Shown in pieces: positions 1 to 8,552 of a DNA stretch of 64,000 bases (position 1 is its first letter; every line of letters starts with the position of its first letter). Under the pieces are notes generated by a model. It had not been told where the DNA came from, ran no database searches, and worked only from the letters and a program-made list of their open reading frames with translations. Source of the DNA: Eubacteriales bacterium (GTDB lineage Bacteria; Bacillota; Clostridia; Oscillospirales; CAG-382); NCBI GenBank assembly GCA_045536535.1, contig JAZSNS010000017.1, positions 15,940 through 79,939 on the forward strand. Direction: 5' to 3'. A program made the translations under genes and the position numbers.

Positions 1-1
1 T

Positions 2-559
2 GATTATACCTATGACGAAAAGGGTAATCTGATCAGCGAAGTGCATCAATACCTCGGCACTTATATTGTGATCGAAAACAGCTATAACCCAAAAGGCAAC
101 CTTGTTTATAAAACGACAAAGGCTGATTATGACGGTTATTTAAGCAATTACAGTCAAAAATATGTTTACGACAGTCAAAACCGACTTGTCGAAGAAGGCT
201 ATGTCGAAAACGGAGTTTACAAAAAATCGACCGTCTATTCTTATGACGAAAGAGGCAACCTTTTAAAAGAGGACTCTCTCGAAAATTTCACTTATGAATA
301 CACCTATGATGAAAATAATCGTGTTACAACGATGACTTATAATAATTTTCATTACGGCGAAAACGAAATCACGAAATACACTTATGATGCCGACGGAAAA
401 TTGATCAACGAGACCTTCAGCTCTTATTACGAGATCATCACTGTGACCTACAGCTATGATGAATACGGAAATCTTCTTGAAACCGTTCGAAATTCTTCTT
501 CTTACGGATCAAGCGTTACCGAATATAAAAACTACGTTTGCTTTTATATAGAAAAATAA
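2..559 (+). CDS. YD-repeat (Rhs-type repeat) protein, C-terminal part; 5' end outside window
   Basis: Frame is open from nt 2 (DYTYDEKGNLISE..) to TAA at 557-559. It carries repeated Y-x-YD-x-x-G/N-x-L units (YTYDEKGNL, YVYDSQNRL, YSYDERGNL, YTYDENNRV, YTYDADGKL, YSYDEYGNL). A terminator follows. The start at 41 in the ORF track is probably internal. Confidence 0.75.
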   Translation, partial: DYTYDEKGNLISEVHQYLGTYIVIENSYNPKGNLVYKTTKADYDGYLSNYSQKYVYDSQNRLVEEGYVENGVYKKSTVYSYDERGNLLKEDSLENFTYEYTYDENNRVTTMTYNNFHYGENEITKYTYDADGKLINETFSSYYEIITVTYSYDEYGNLLETVRNSSSYGSSVTEYKNYVCFYIEK

Positions 560-563
560 AAAC

Positions 564-590
564 AAAAAGGGCGCAAAAGCGCCCTTTTTT
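564..590. terminator. Bidirectional intrinsic terminator shared by two convergent YD-repeat genes
   Basis: aaaaa-GGGCGC-aaaa-GCGCCC-tttttt: GC stem, 4-nt loop, A-run upstream and T-run downstream. Confidence 0.8.
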
Positions 591-598
591 AAATGGTT

Positions 599-1651
599 TT
601 ATTGTATATCCTCGCCTATATAGAAGCAAACGTACGTGATATAGTTGGTATGTCCTTCAATGTGGTCTTCTGTAAGCATATTTCCGTAAACGTCATAGGT
701 GTAACGCGCTTCGGAATAATAATAAATGCAATTACAGCCGGGCTCTTCCTCATGGAGATAGCTCAGAAGATTTCCGTTTTCGTCATAGGTATAAACAAAA
801 GGACATTTCGTCTTGCCCGAAAACGTAGATTGCTCTTTTATTAAAACACCGTTTTCGTCGTAATAATATTTTATCGAATCGCCGTCCGGATAAAGCTCTT
901 CGATTAAATTGCCTTGCGAATCATAGCTCAGGCTATAAAGCTCTGTGTAAATGGCTTTCCACAATTTTCCGACCCTGATCAAACGGTTTTGATCGTCATA
1001 GCTATATAAGGTTTTTGTGTTGTCGGTGACGTTTTCACCGTCTTCATAACGCGTTTCTATCGACAAGTCACCGTTTTCGTTATAGTCATATTCGATCCTA
1101 TAGCTTTCAGAAGGCCTTGAAACTCGTTCTTCTTCAAGTCTTCCCTCTTCGTCGTAGGTATAATAGATAACTTCGGTATAATCGCCTTCGTTATATTCCT
1201 CTTTGACCAAATTGCCTTTTTCGTCGTAGGTATATGTATATTGCCCTACAGACATAGTTTCCATATAATATGTTTTTGCCTCGGTACAGCGCCAAACGAA
1301 ATTTTCAAGACGCTTTGCGGCTTCTTCATCTTCCTTTGCGGCAAAAAGAATAGCATATGCCTCGGCATATTTTCCTTCTTTTATCAAAGCGGTCGCATCG
1401 GCATAAGGGTCAACGGGTTCGGGCACTTGCGAGACATCTTCTTCTTTCACTTGCGAGCCATCTTCCTCTTTTGAGGTGTCGGGCACGATTCCGATAATTC
1501 CCGAGTGCTTGGAAGTCTCGTTTTCTTCCTCGTTATTTTGAATTTCCGACGGCTTCTCCTTTGCCGTGAAAATGCTCGTGCAACAGCAAGAACACATCGA
1601 AACGCACATCATTAAAGCCAAAACGGCAAGAAATATCTTTTTCATGATCAT
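599..1651 (-). CDS. YD-repeat lipoprotein (350 aa)
   Basis: Signal peptide with a Cys-rich lipobox region (MIMKKIFLAVLALMMCVSMCSCCC), then an acidic linker, then YD repeats (YTYDEKGNL, YTYDEEGRL, YDYNENGDL, YSYDDQNRL, YSYDSQGNL, YYYDENGVL, YTYDENGNL, YTYDVYGNM). The C-terminal tail ..YITYVCFYIGEDIQ resembles the tail of the upstream convergent gene. Confidence 0.8.
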   Translation of the reverse strand: MIMKKIFLAVLALMMCVSMCSCCCTSIFTAKEKPSEIQNNEEENETSKHSGIIGIVPDTSKEEDGSQVKEEDVSQVPEPVDPYADATALIKEGKYAEAYAILFAAKEDEEAAKRLENFVWRCTEAKTYYMETMSVGQYTYTYDEKGNLVKEEYNEGDYTEVIYYTYDEEGRLEEERVSRPSESYRIEYDYNENGDLSIETRYEDGENVTDNTKTLYSYDDQNRLIRVGKLWKAIYTELYSLSYDSQGNLIEELYPDGDSIKYYYDENGVLIKEQSTFSGKTKCPFVYTYDENGNLLSYLHEEEPGCNCIYYYSEARYTYDVYGNMLTEDHIEGHTNYITYVCFYIGEDIQ

Positions 1652-1699
1652 ACTCCTTTTTGTTTCCTGCCATCATTATATTTGATTTGTCGTTTTCTG

Positions 1700-1731
1700 T
1701 CAAGAAAAAGCGGGTTTTCATTGAGAGCGAA
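1700..1731. repeat. Fragment (degenerate hairpin 3 plus start of tail) of the dispersed intergenic repeat family
   Basis: The 18-nt string gttttcattgagagcgaa at 1714-1731 is identical to 2002-2019. Confidence 0.7.
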
Positions 1732-1820
1732 ACAAAAATGGCTTGGCAGAACAGATGCGGAATGAAAGAACAGAACCCGAAGCTGTAGAGATCTACTGCG
1801 AGAGGTTTTGTTTTTTTGAT

Positions 1821-1856
1821 AAAAAGCATAAAGAAAAGGCATCATACGATGCCTTT
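1821..1856 (-). terminator. Probable intrinsic terminator of the pgk-tpiA transcript
   Basis: Hairpin aaaggcatc-atac-gatgccttt (1835-1856). On the minus strand it is followed by a T-rich tract (tctttatgcttttt). Confidence 0.5.
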
Positions 1857-1876
1857 CCTAAATACAATTAAAATTC

Positions 1877-2029
1877 ATATTTTTCAAGGACATGCGCCTT
1901 GAAAAATATACCTACAATGTCCGCAACCTTGGACAAGCCCGAAGGGCGCGCACAAGGTTGGCGCGAGCGCACGGACATTAAATCCAATGAAAACGGCAAT
2001 CGTTTTCATTGAGAGCGAAGCGATTTAAA
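1877..2029. repeat. Copy A (full) of a structured intergenic repeat: hairpin 1, hairpin 2, hairpin 3, 19-nt tail
   Basis: H1 1877-1909 has a perfect 13-bp stem and loop acatgcg. H2 closing stem is 1916-1923/1972-1979 (aatgtccg/cggacatt). H3 1986-2010 is aatgaaaacg-gcaat-cgttttcatt. The tail gagagcgaagcgatttaaa at 2011-2029 is identical to 46134-46152 and overlaps the tpiA stop codon. Confidence 0.8.
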
Positions 2030-2798
2030 GAGCCGCGTTGATGATGGTTGCAAAATCGGGAGCTTTGAGCGAAGCGCCGCCGATAAGACCGCCGTCGACG
2101 TTTTCCTTGGAAAGAAGTTCGTCGCAGTTCTTTGCGTTCATCGAGCCGCCGTATTGGATCGTGGTAGCCTTTGCAACACAATCGCTGTAAAGACCTGCAA
2201 CGACGTTACGGATAATGCCGCAAACTTCGTCAGCCTGATCGGAGGTGGCGGTTTTGCCTGTGCCGATAGCCCAAACGGGTTCATAAGCGATGATGATGTT
2301 GCTCATCTGTTCAGCGGTGACGCCCATGAGAGCGATCTTGGTCTGCATAGCAACGATCTCGCCGGTGATGCCCTGTTCGCGTTCTTCAAGAAGTTCGCCG
2401 ACACAGAGGATAACTTTGAGACCTGCTTCGAGAGCCGCGAGAACACGTTTGTTAACGGTAACGTCGGTTTCGCCGAAATATTGTCTGCGTTCGCTGTGAC
2501 CGATGATAACATATTTAACGCCGCAAGCAACGAGCATATCAGCGGAAATTTCGCCGGTGTAAGCACCGCTCTTTTCCCAATGGCAGTTTTCAGCGCCGAT
2601 CTCGATGGGGCTGCCTGCCGCAGCTTTTACAGCCGCGTCAATATCAACGTAAGGTACGCATGCGATGATGCCGCAACCGGAGGTATCTTTGCCGTTGAGT
2701 TCTGCCTTGATTGCTTCAATAAGCTCAACCGCTTCCGCAGGAGTTTTGTTCATCTTCCAGTTGCCTGCAATAATAGCTTTTCTGAATTCCTTGTTCAT
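2025..2798 (-). CDS. tpiA: Triosephosphate isomerase
   Basis: 257 aa with AGNWKMN near the N-terminus, IIGHSERR and AYEPVWAIGTG catalytic motifs. It lies immediately downstream of pgk. Confidence 0.97.
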   Translation of the reverse strand: MNKEFRKAIIAGNWKMNKTPAEAVELIEAIKAELNGKDTSGCGIIACVPYVDIDAAVKAAAGSPIEIGAENCHWEKSGAYTGEISADMLVACGVKYVIIGHSERRQYFGETDVTVNKRVLAALEAGLKVILCVGELLEEREQGITGEIVAMQTKIALMGVTAEQMSNIIIAYEPVWAIGTGKTATSDQADEVCGIIRNVVAGLYSDCVAKATTIQYGGSMNAKNCDELLSKENVDGGLIGGASLKAPDFATIINAAL

Positions 2799-2882
2799 GA
2801 TTTATTAACCCTCTTGAAATATTTTGTTAAATTTTATTTTCCGAAGGAAATTTTCCTTTGAAAATTTTTCGGCAAGAAAATT

Positions 2883-4088
2883 TTATTTGTCGGTCATTGC
2901 GGCAATACCGGGAAGTTCCTTGCCTTCGAGGTATTCGAGCGAAGCGCCGCCGCCGGTGGAGATGTGGCTCATCTTGTCACCGAAGCCGAGCGAGTTAACA
3001 GCAGCCGCAGAGTCGCCGCCGCCGATGATGGTGGTAGCATCGGTTTCAGCAAGCGCTTTGGCAACTGCGATAGTGCCTTCTGCGAGGATCGGGTTTTCGA
3101 AAACGCCCATAGGTCCGTTCCAAACGACCGTCTTTGCGCTCTTCACTTTGTTTGCAAAGAGTTCGCGGGTCTTGGGACCGATGTCAAGGCTCTGCATGTC
3201 AGCAGGGATTTCGTCAGCCGAAACGGTTGCGATTTCGATAGGAGCGTCAATGGGGTTGGGGAAGTCCTTGGTGATAACGCAGTCAACGGGGAGAAGAATT
3301 TCAACGCCCTTTGCCTTTGCGCGTTCAAGCATTTCCTTGCAGTAATCGAGCTTTTCGTCGTCAACGAGCGAAGTGCCGATTTCTTTGCCCTGAGCTTTGA
3401 GGAAGGTGTAAGACATGCCGCCGCCGATGATGAGAGCGTCAGCTTTGTCAAGAAGGTTTTCGATAACAGCGAGTTTGTCGGCAACCTTTGCACCGCCGAG
3501 AATGGTGACGAAAGGTCTGACGGGGTTGTTGACAGCATCGCCGAGATATTTGATTTCCTTAGCCATAAGGAAGCCGTTAGCGGATTCTTCAACGAAGGAT
3601 GCAACGCCGACGGTAGAGCAGTGTGCTCTGTGAGCCGCGCCGAAAGCGTCGTTTACGAAAATTTCGCAGAGAGATGCGAGTTCTTTGGAGAATGCTTCGC
3701 CGTTCTTGGTTTCTTCGGGGCGGTAACGAGTGTTCTGAAGAAGAACTACATCGCCGTTTTCCATTGCGGCAACAGCATTTTTGGCGTTTTCGCCGACAAC
3801 GCAGTCGTCTGCTGCAAAGACAACGTCGATACCGAGTTTTTCGGAAAGACGTGCAGCAACGGGAGCGAGCGAAAACTCGGGCTTGGGTTCACCCTTCGGC
3901 TTGCCGAGGTGGGAGCAGAGGATAACCTTCGCGCCCTGATCGAGAAGATATTCAATGGTGGGAAGCGCGGCAACAATGCGGTTTTCGTCGGTGATAACGC
4001 CGTTCTTCAAAGGAACGTTGAAATCGCAACGGACAAGAACCTTTTTGCCTCTGACGATAAGGTCTTCAACGGACTTTTTTGCGTTCAT
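2883..4088 (-). CDS. pgk: Phosphoglycerate kinase
   Basis: 401 aa with [29 protein letters not shown] and [14 protein letters not shown] motifs. Confidence 0.97.
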   Translation of the reverse strand: MNAKKSVEDLIVRGKKVLVRCDFNVPLKNGVITDENRIVAALPTIEYLLDQGAKVILCSHLGKPKGEPKPEFSLAPVAARLSEKLGIDVVFAADDCVVGENAKNAVAAMENGDVVLLQNTRYRPEETKNGEAFSKELASLCEIFVNDAFGAAHRAHCSTVGVASFVEESANGFLMAKEIKYLGDAVNNPVRPFVTILGGAKVADKLAVIENLLDKADALIIGGGMSYTFLKAQGKEIGTSLVDDEKLDYCKEMLERAKAKGVEILLPVDCVITKDFPNPIDAPIEIATVSADEIPADMQSLDIGPKTRELFANKVKSAKTVVWNGPMGVFENPILAEGTIAVAKALAETDATTIIGGGDSAAAVNSLGFGDKMSHISTGGGASLEYLEGKELPGIAAMTDK

Positions 4089-4180
4089 TTTTGTTTCTCC
4101 TGATTTTATATAAATTTTAAATTACGCACAAAATTTACCAACTGATATTATATAACAAATCGTCTTATAAATCAAGTGGT

Positions 4181-5632
4181 TTAGGTAATTTTGGAAGTAT
4201 AATTACGGAACGAATCCATCGCGCGTTCGATAGAACTGTTTATTGCGGAACCAACATCGATATAATCGACGATAACGTCGGTCGTACAACGGCGGATCTC
4301 GCTTATCTGACTGCCGAAAACCGTTGCAAAATCAAAGGTCGCGCTTTCGATTATGGTCTTGAACATCATCGCTTCGGAATTGTCAAAGAGCAGAGTCCCG
4401 ATGACATTGTTCAGATAAGCGTCATGCACCGTCATTCTGCCTGCGGCGCAGGTGGCTGAAATGACCGCCGAAACATAAAGCTTGTGATCCTTGTCGGATT
4501 TTCCGATCGTCACCGGGACCGAAATGACGCGCGCGTCGTTCGCGACGAGACAATGATATTCCTTCTGGTCTTCGTTGTATTTCGGCATCGGCACAACGCC
4601 GAACTCGCTCCCTTTTGCGGTTCCGTCACGGAGTGCATAGATATAATCGAGTTTGTTCACGAAAAAGGCAAGACGCCCTTTTTCAAACGCGGCGGCGGCT
4701 GCGTTTCCGTCGAACGGGAGTTTGGCTTTCGAGTTGTTGCTTTTATCCAAAACGCCTGCAATTTCAACGATTTCCTTGGTTGTGAGCGAAAGCGTCACTT
4801 CGTTTTTATAGGTATTGTCAACGAGCTTTTTCCCGCAGGAAGTCCACATTACGAGCGGATTTGTGCCTTCGCCGTAATATGCGGCGAACCCGAAAACGTC
4901 GCTTTCGAGATTGGCACTGCCTTTGTTAATGACCTCGCTCGCGGCTTTGCGATAGGCCTCGTTGTATTTATCCCATGTCCATTTTCCTTGCATAACAAGG
5001 CTTTCGGGGTTTTCACAACCCTTTTCTTCGAGCAGATCGCGGTTGAAAAACAGCGCATAGGTATCTTCATAATAAAGCGTTGTCGGATCGGGGAGAAGAT
5101 AAAGAGTGCTGTTCGTCGCCAAAGCCTTTGCATTTTGCTCGTCGAAATAGGCATTTTCGACGTTAAACTGCGGAAGTTTGTTCATGTCACAAAGCAGGCC
5201 TGCTTTGTAAAGCTTAACGGTATCTTTCGCCGAAATCGAAATCATATCGCAATAATAACTTCCGCTTTGCTCGGCGGCCGATAACTCTTTCGCGATAGTG
5301 TTGTAATTTTTTGTCTTGACTTCGATCACTGCGCCGTATTTTTGACGCAAAAAGGAATTTCTTTCCTCTATCGCCGTGTTTATTGCGCCGGGCGAGTTTT
5401 CATCCTGATAATAAGCCTTTTCTTCGTTGGTGATTATCAAAAACGGTTGCTCTTCAACAATTTCGCCTTCGGGAACGATGTTGGGCAGATCTTCCCTCAG
5501 TTTGTCATAAAAACTTTCTGACGTTTCTCCCGACACTTGCGAACTTTCTGACGGATATTCAACATTTTCACAGCCCACCGCGCACATGACGAGCATGATC
5601 ACGGCAAAAAGCGCGGCCAAACGTTTTTTCAA
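4181..5632 (-). CDS. Extracellular solute-binding lipoprotein (ABC family-1 SBP-like), orphan
   Basis: TTG start with GAAGGAA RBS. Lipoprotein signal MKKRLAALFAVIMLVMCAVGC. The motif ALFFNRDLLEEKG..P..WTWDKY is typical of sugar-type SBPs. No permease or ATPase gene is adjacent. Confidence 0.75.
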   Translation of the reverse strand: MKKRLAALFAVIMLVMCAVGCENVEYPSESSQVSGETSESFYDKLREDLPNIVPEGEIVEEQPFLIITNEEKAYYQDENSPGAINTAIEERNSFLRQKYGAVIEVKTKNYNTIAKELSAAEQSGSYYCDMISISAKDTVKLYKAGLLCDMNKLPQFNVENAYFDEQNAKALATNSTLYLLPDPTTLYYEDTYALFFNRDLLEEKGCENPESLVMQGKWTWDKYNEAYRKAASEVINKGSANLESDVFGFAAYYGEGTNPLVMWTSCGKKLVDNTYKNEVTLSLTTKEIVEIAGVLDKSNNSKAKLPFDGNAAAAAFEKGRLAFFVNKLDYIYALRDGTAKGSEFGVVPMPKYNEDQKEYHCLVANDARVISVPVTIGKSDKDHKLYVSAVISATCAAGRMTVHDAYLNNVIGTLLFDNSEAMMFKTIIESATFDFATVFGSQISEIRRCTTDVIVDYIDVGSAINSSIERAMDSFRNYTSKIT

Positions 5633-5655
5633 ATGGGTTCCTTCTTTCTTGAATC

Positions 5656-5713
5656 GGTTGTTTCACGTGAAACAACCTTTTGTTTTTTTGTCTGAATGTT
5701 TCACGTGAAACAT
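5656..5713. promoter_or_regulatory. Two perfect palindromes sharing the 14-bp core GTTTCACGTGAAAC (candidate operator pair or RNA hairpins)
   Basis: ggttGTTTCACGTGAAACaacc at 5656-5677 (22 bp, perfect) and atGTTTCACGTGAAACat at 5696-5713 (18 bp, perfect). They sit in the 80-bp gap between the RNB-gene stop and the SBP-gene start. Confidence 0.4.
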
Positions 5714-7158
5714 CAATCTTCGATAGGTTTGACGACCGTCGCCTCGGAATCTGTGCCGAGAGCAACGATTTCAAACTTGTAAGGCTTTGCGGCGTCAAAG
5801 TCAAAGCCGGCTGAATATTGCGAGGGGACAACCGCCGTCACGCCGCAATCGAGAATGACCGGAACCGAGCCGCTTTCGTCTTTCAAAAGGGGAAATCCGA
5901 CAAATTCGGTTTCGCCGCTGTGTTCGATATATTCAAGCGCGGCGAGATTTGCATAAAGCCGTTTTGTTTCGAAAATGAATTTTGCGGTTCTGTTTGCGGC
6001 ATCGGCGGCTTCTTTAACGACCTTGCGATGGCGGTTGAGGTTGATATTGCCGACTTTCCCCGATGCGGCGATACTTGTTTTGAGTATTCTTTGGGCAATA
6101 AGGTCGCCGTATTGCGAAACAGGGTGAACAAAAGAGATGATCTTGTCGCTTCCGCAAAGCGAACTCATCACGGGTTGGTCGGAAAAACGCGGACAGGGCA
6201 GGCTTGCCGAAAGAACGTCGCAAACAAAACTGTAATAAGGAGAGCCCTTTGCTTTGTCGGCGATATCTGCGGTTCTTGCGGCAGGAGAGTTGTCTTTGTT
6301 TGTTTCTCCGACGAGTTTGCCGAGATAATCAAGCGTTTCTTCGGGCACAGGGTATGTGCCGAGGAAAAGGCAGGGTAATTTGTTGTTATACATATAATTG
6401 CCGATCGCATCGGAGAAGAAATAACCGATCTCGCGAACCATTGCACGTGTGTCGGGTTCGCTTTCGCGGCGAAAGGCGATAACTTTGCCGTTTTCGTTCC
6501 GTTCATAAACACGGCGGAACACACCGCAGTCAAGACCGCCCCTTTCTCTGCGGACGTTGCAGAGCAAAGCGGCGAGCTCATACATATCGGCAAGAGTGTT
6601 GAACAGCGCGCCGTATTTGCTTCTGAGATGGAAGACCGACGATGCGTCACTCGCGAATATCAATTCGTCAACTTCTTTATATACACAGCATTGCGCAACG
6701 CGCACAACGCTTTCTTCGCAATCGACCGAAAGAAGTTCGCCTTTGTCGCTAATGTCCAATAAAACGGACACACAAAGCCTGTCCTTGCCGACCGAAAGGT
6801 CACAGATGTCTTTGGACAGCTTTTCGGGGAGCATATCCGCGTTGACGAAGCCGTTGCGTACCGTTGCAAGGCGGCGGGCGGCTTCGATGTCAAGCGGAGA
6901 TCCCTCGCAGACATATTCGCAAACGTCGGTAACATGAATGCCGAGTTGCCAGCCCGAGCCGTTGCGATAGAGCGAAAACGCGCTTTCTGTAAGGCTGTCG
7001 GGGGTTTCCGCAAACGAGAATACCGTTTTTCCGCGGAGGTCGAGCCTGCGCGCCAACAAAGCGGACGGTTTTAGTTTTGCCGCCGCGTTTGCTTGGTCAA
7101 GCGCGTTTTTTGAAAACGGGCTTAAAATAATTTGTTCTGTAACGTTGTTGCCGTTCAT
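5713..7158 (-). CDS. RNB-fold (RNase II/R family) protein with degenerate catalytic motifs
   Basis: 481 aa. LGIHVTDVCEYVCEGSPLDIEAARR..DMLPEKLSKDICDLSVG matches the RNB core pattern (G.HIADVS.YV..GS.LD.EA..R..S.Y....MLP..LS...CSL). The upstream acidic DxDD cluster is replaced by FSFAETPDSLTESAF. Confidence 0.75.
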   Translation of the reverse strand: MNGNNVTEQIILSPFSKNALDQANAAAKLKPSALLARRLDLRGKTVFSFAETPDSLTESAFSLYRNGSGWQLGIHVTDVCEYVCEGSPLDIEAARRLATVRNGFVNADMLPEKLSKDICDLSVGKDRLCVSVLLDISDKGELLSVDCEESVVRVAQCCVYKEVDELIFASDASSVFHLRSKYGALFNTLADMYELAALLCNVRRERGGLDCGVFRRVYERNENGKVIAFRRESEPDTRAMVREIGYFFSDAIGNYMYNNKLPCLFLGTYPVPEETLDYLGKLVGETNKDNSPAARTADIADKAKGSPYYSFVCDVLSASLPCPRFSDQPVMSSLCGSDKIISFVHPVSQYGDLIAQRILKTSIAASGKVGNINLNRHRKVVKEAADAANRTAKFIFETKRLYANLAALEYIEHSGETEFVGFPLLKDESGSVPVILDCGVTAVVPSQYSAGFDFDAAKPYKFEIVALGTDSEATVVKPIED

Positions 7159-7304
7159 TGGAGTTTCCTCCTATTAGTTATATATTATCATTATAATTTT
7201 ACCTTATACAAAAAGCGATGTCAAGAGATTTTCTTTAATGAATGGCAGATATTCTCATCTGTAAATCTTCTTTGAGCTTTCGCTTTTGGTTTTTGCTCTT
7301 TGCA

Positions 7305-7331
7305 TCAAAAAATCCCCTCGTTTGAGGGGAT
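7305..7331 (-). terminator. Intrinsic terminator downstream of hom
   Basis: atcccctc-gttt-gaggggat hairpin at 7312-7331. On the minus strand it is followed by a T-run (the A-run at 7307-7312 on the plus strand). Confidence 0.7.
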
Positions 7332-7336
7332 TTACT

Positions 7337-8392
7337 TTATTCAAAATATCTGTATTTTTTGCCGTTCGGGAGGGTGATAACGCGTTCGTTTTCGCTTTCG
7401 CCGCCAAGAATAAAACCTTCTTCGCAAGCGTTGCGGACGACCGTTGCGGCTTTGCCGCTGATCGCGCGTTCAATATCATTGCAAACCGCGGCTGCGGTGG
7501 GAAGACTGCCCGCGCCCTGACCGTAAAAAACAACTTCGCCAACCGCGCTGCCGGTCACGCTGACGGCGTTAAATGCTTCGCGGATAGCATGGAAAAGGCT
7601 TGAATTTCCGACAAGATGCGGCGCAACGATAATCTTCGCGTTGTTCTCGCCGACCTTTTCGGCAACCGCAACGAGACGGATGACGCAACCGAGTTGTTCG
7701 GCAAGACGGATATCTTCGCTCGTTACGTTTTCGATACCTTCGATGTAAGGGATCGAGCCGTAAGGGATATATCTGTTAAAAGCGATGCCCGCGAGAATCG
7801 CGATCTTTCGAGCCGAGTCAAGACCTGCGATATCGGCATGAGGGTCGGCTTCGGCATAACCGAGTTCCTGAGCCGATTTCAATGCTTCTTCGAGCGATTT
7901 GCCTTCACTTTGCATGTGGGTGAGGATATAATTCGTCGTGCCGTTGAGAATGCCTGCAACGCGGGTGATATCGTCGCCCATGAAACAGCTGTTGAGCGGC
8001 GCGATGATCGGAATACCGCCGCCGACGCTCGCTTCGTAAAGATAAACGACACCGTTCTCTGCGGCGACCGCTTCGAGTTCGCTGCCGAACCTGTCAACGA
8101 CCGCTTTGTTTGAGGTAACGACGTTCTTTCCCGCTTTGAGCGCGGCAAGACTGTATTTATAAGCAACGCCTTCTCCGCCCATCGTTTCGACAACAACGCT
8201 AACGCTTTCGTCGTTCAGGACTTTGTCGAAATCTGTCGTAACTCTGTCACCGAGCGGATGCTCGGGAAATTCGCGGAGATCAATGATATATTTGATATTT
8301 ACATCGCACAACGGCTTCTTGCCGCAACGGTTTATGACCTCATAAACACCGCCGCCGACCGTGCCGAAGCCGAGAACAGCAATATTGACCAT
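7337..8392 (-). CDS. hom: Homoserine dehydrogenase
   Basis: 351 aa with an N-terminal Rossmann motif IAVLGFGTVGGGV, VVTSNKA, and GGIPII..L..GD.I..V.GILNGTTNYIL. Confidence 0.92.
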   Translation of the reverse strand: MVNIAVLGFGTVGGGVYEVINRCGKKPLCDVNIKYIIDLREFPEHPLGDRVTTDFDKVLNDESVSVVVETMGGEGVAYKYSLAALKAGKNVVTSNKAVVDRFGSELEAVAAENGVVYLYEASVGGGIPIIAPLNSCFMGDDITRVAGILNGTTNYILTHMQSEGKSLEEALKSAQELGYAEADPHADIAGLDSARKIAILAGIAFNRYIPYGSIPYIEGIENVTSEDIRLAEQLGCVIRLVAVAEKVGENNAKIIVAPHLVGNSSLFHAIREAFNAVSVTGSAVGEVVFYGQGAGSLPTAAAVCNDIERAISGKAATVVRNACEEGFILGGESENERVITLPNGKKYRYFE

Positions 8393-8552
8393 AACGATTC
8401 TACTCCATTTTATGTTATCCTGCTTATTTTATCATAAATACAGTTGTTTTTCAAGTACCAAAACAAAGAAAAAATCTGTGATAACGCTTGATTTATTTCT
8501 GTTGTTGGTGTAAAATATTAAATTGATATATTATCTGTAAAGGAAGACGAAT

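Noticed and set aside
2-1651. The YD-repeat genes interpreted as an Rhs-type polymorphic toxin/immunity cassette.
   Set aside because: The complete copy is only 350 aa. It lacks the Rhs core (PxxxxDPxGL) and a variable toxin tip. No small immunity-like ORF follows either gene.
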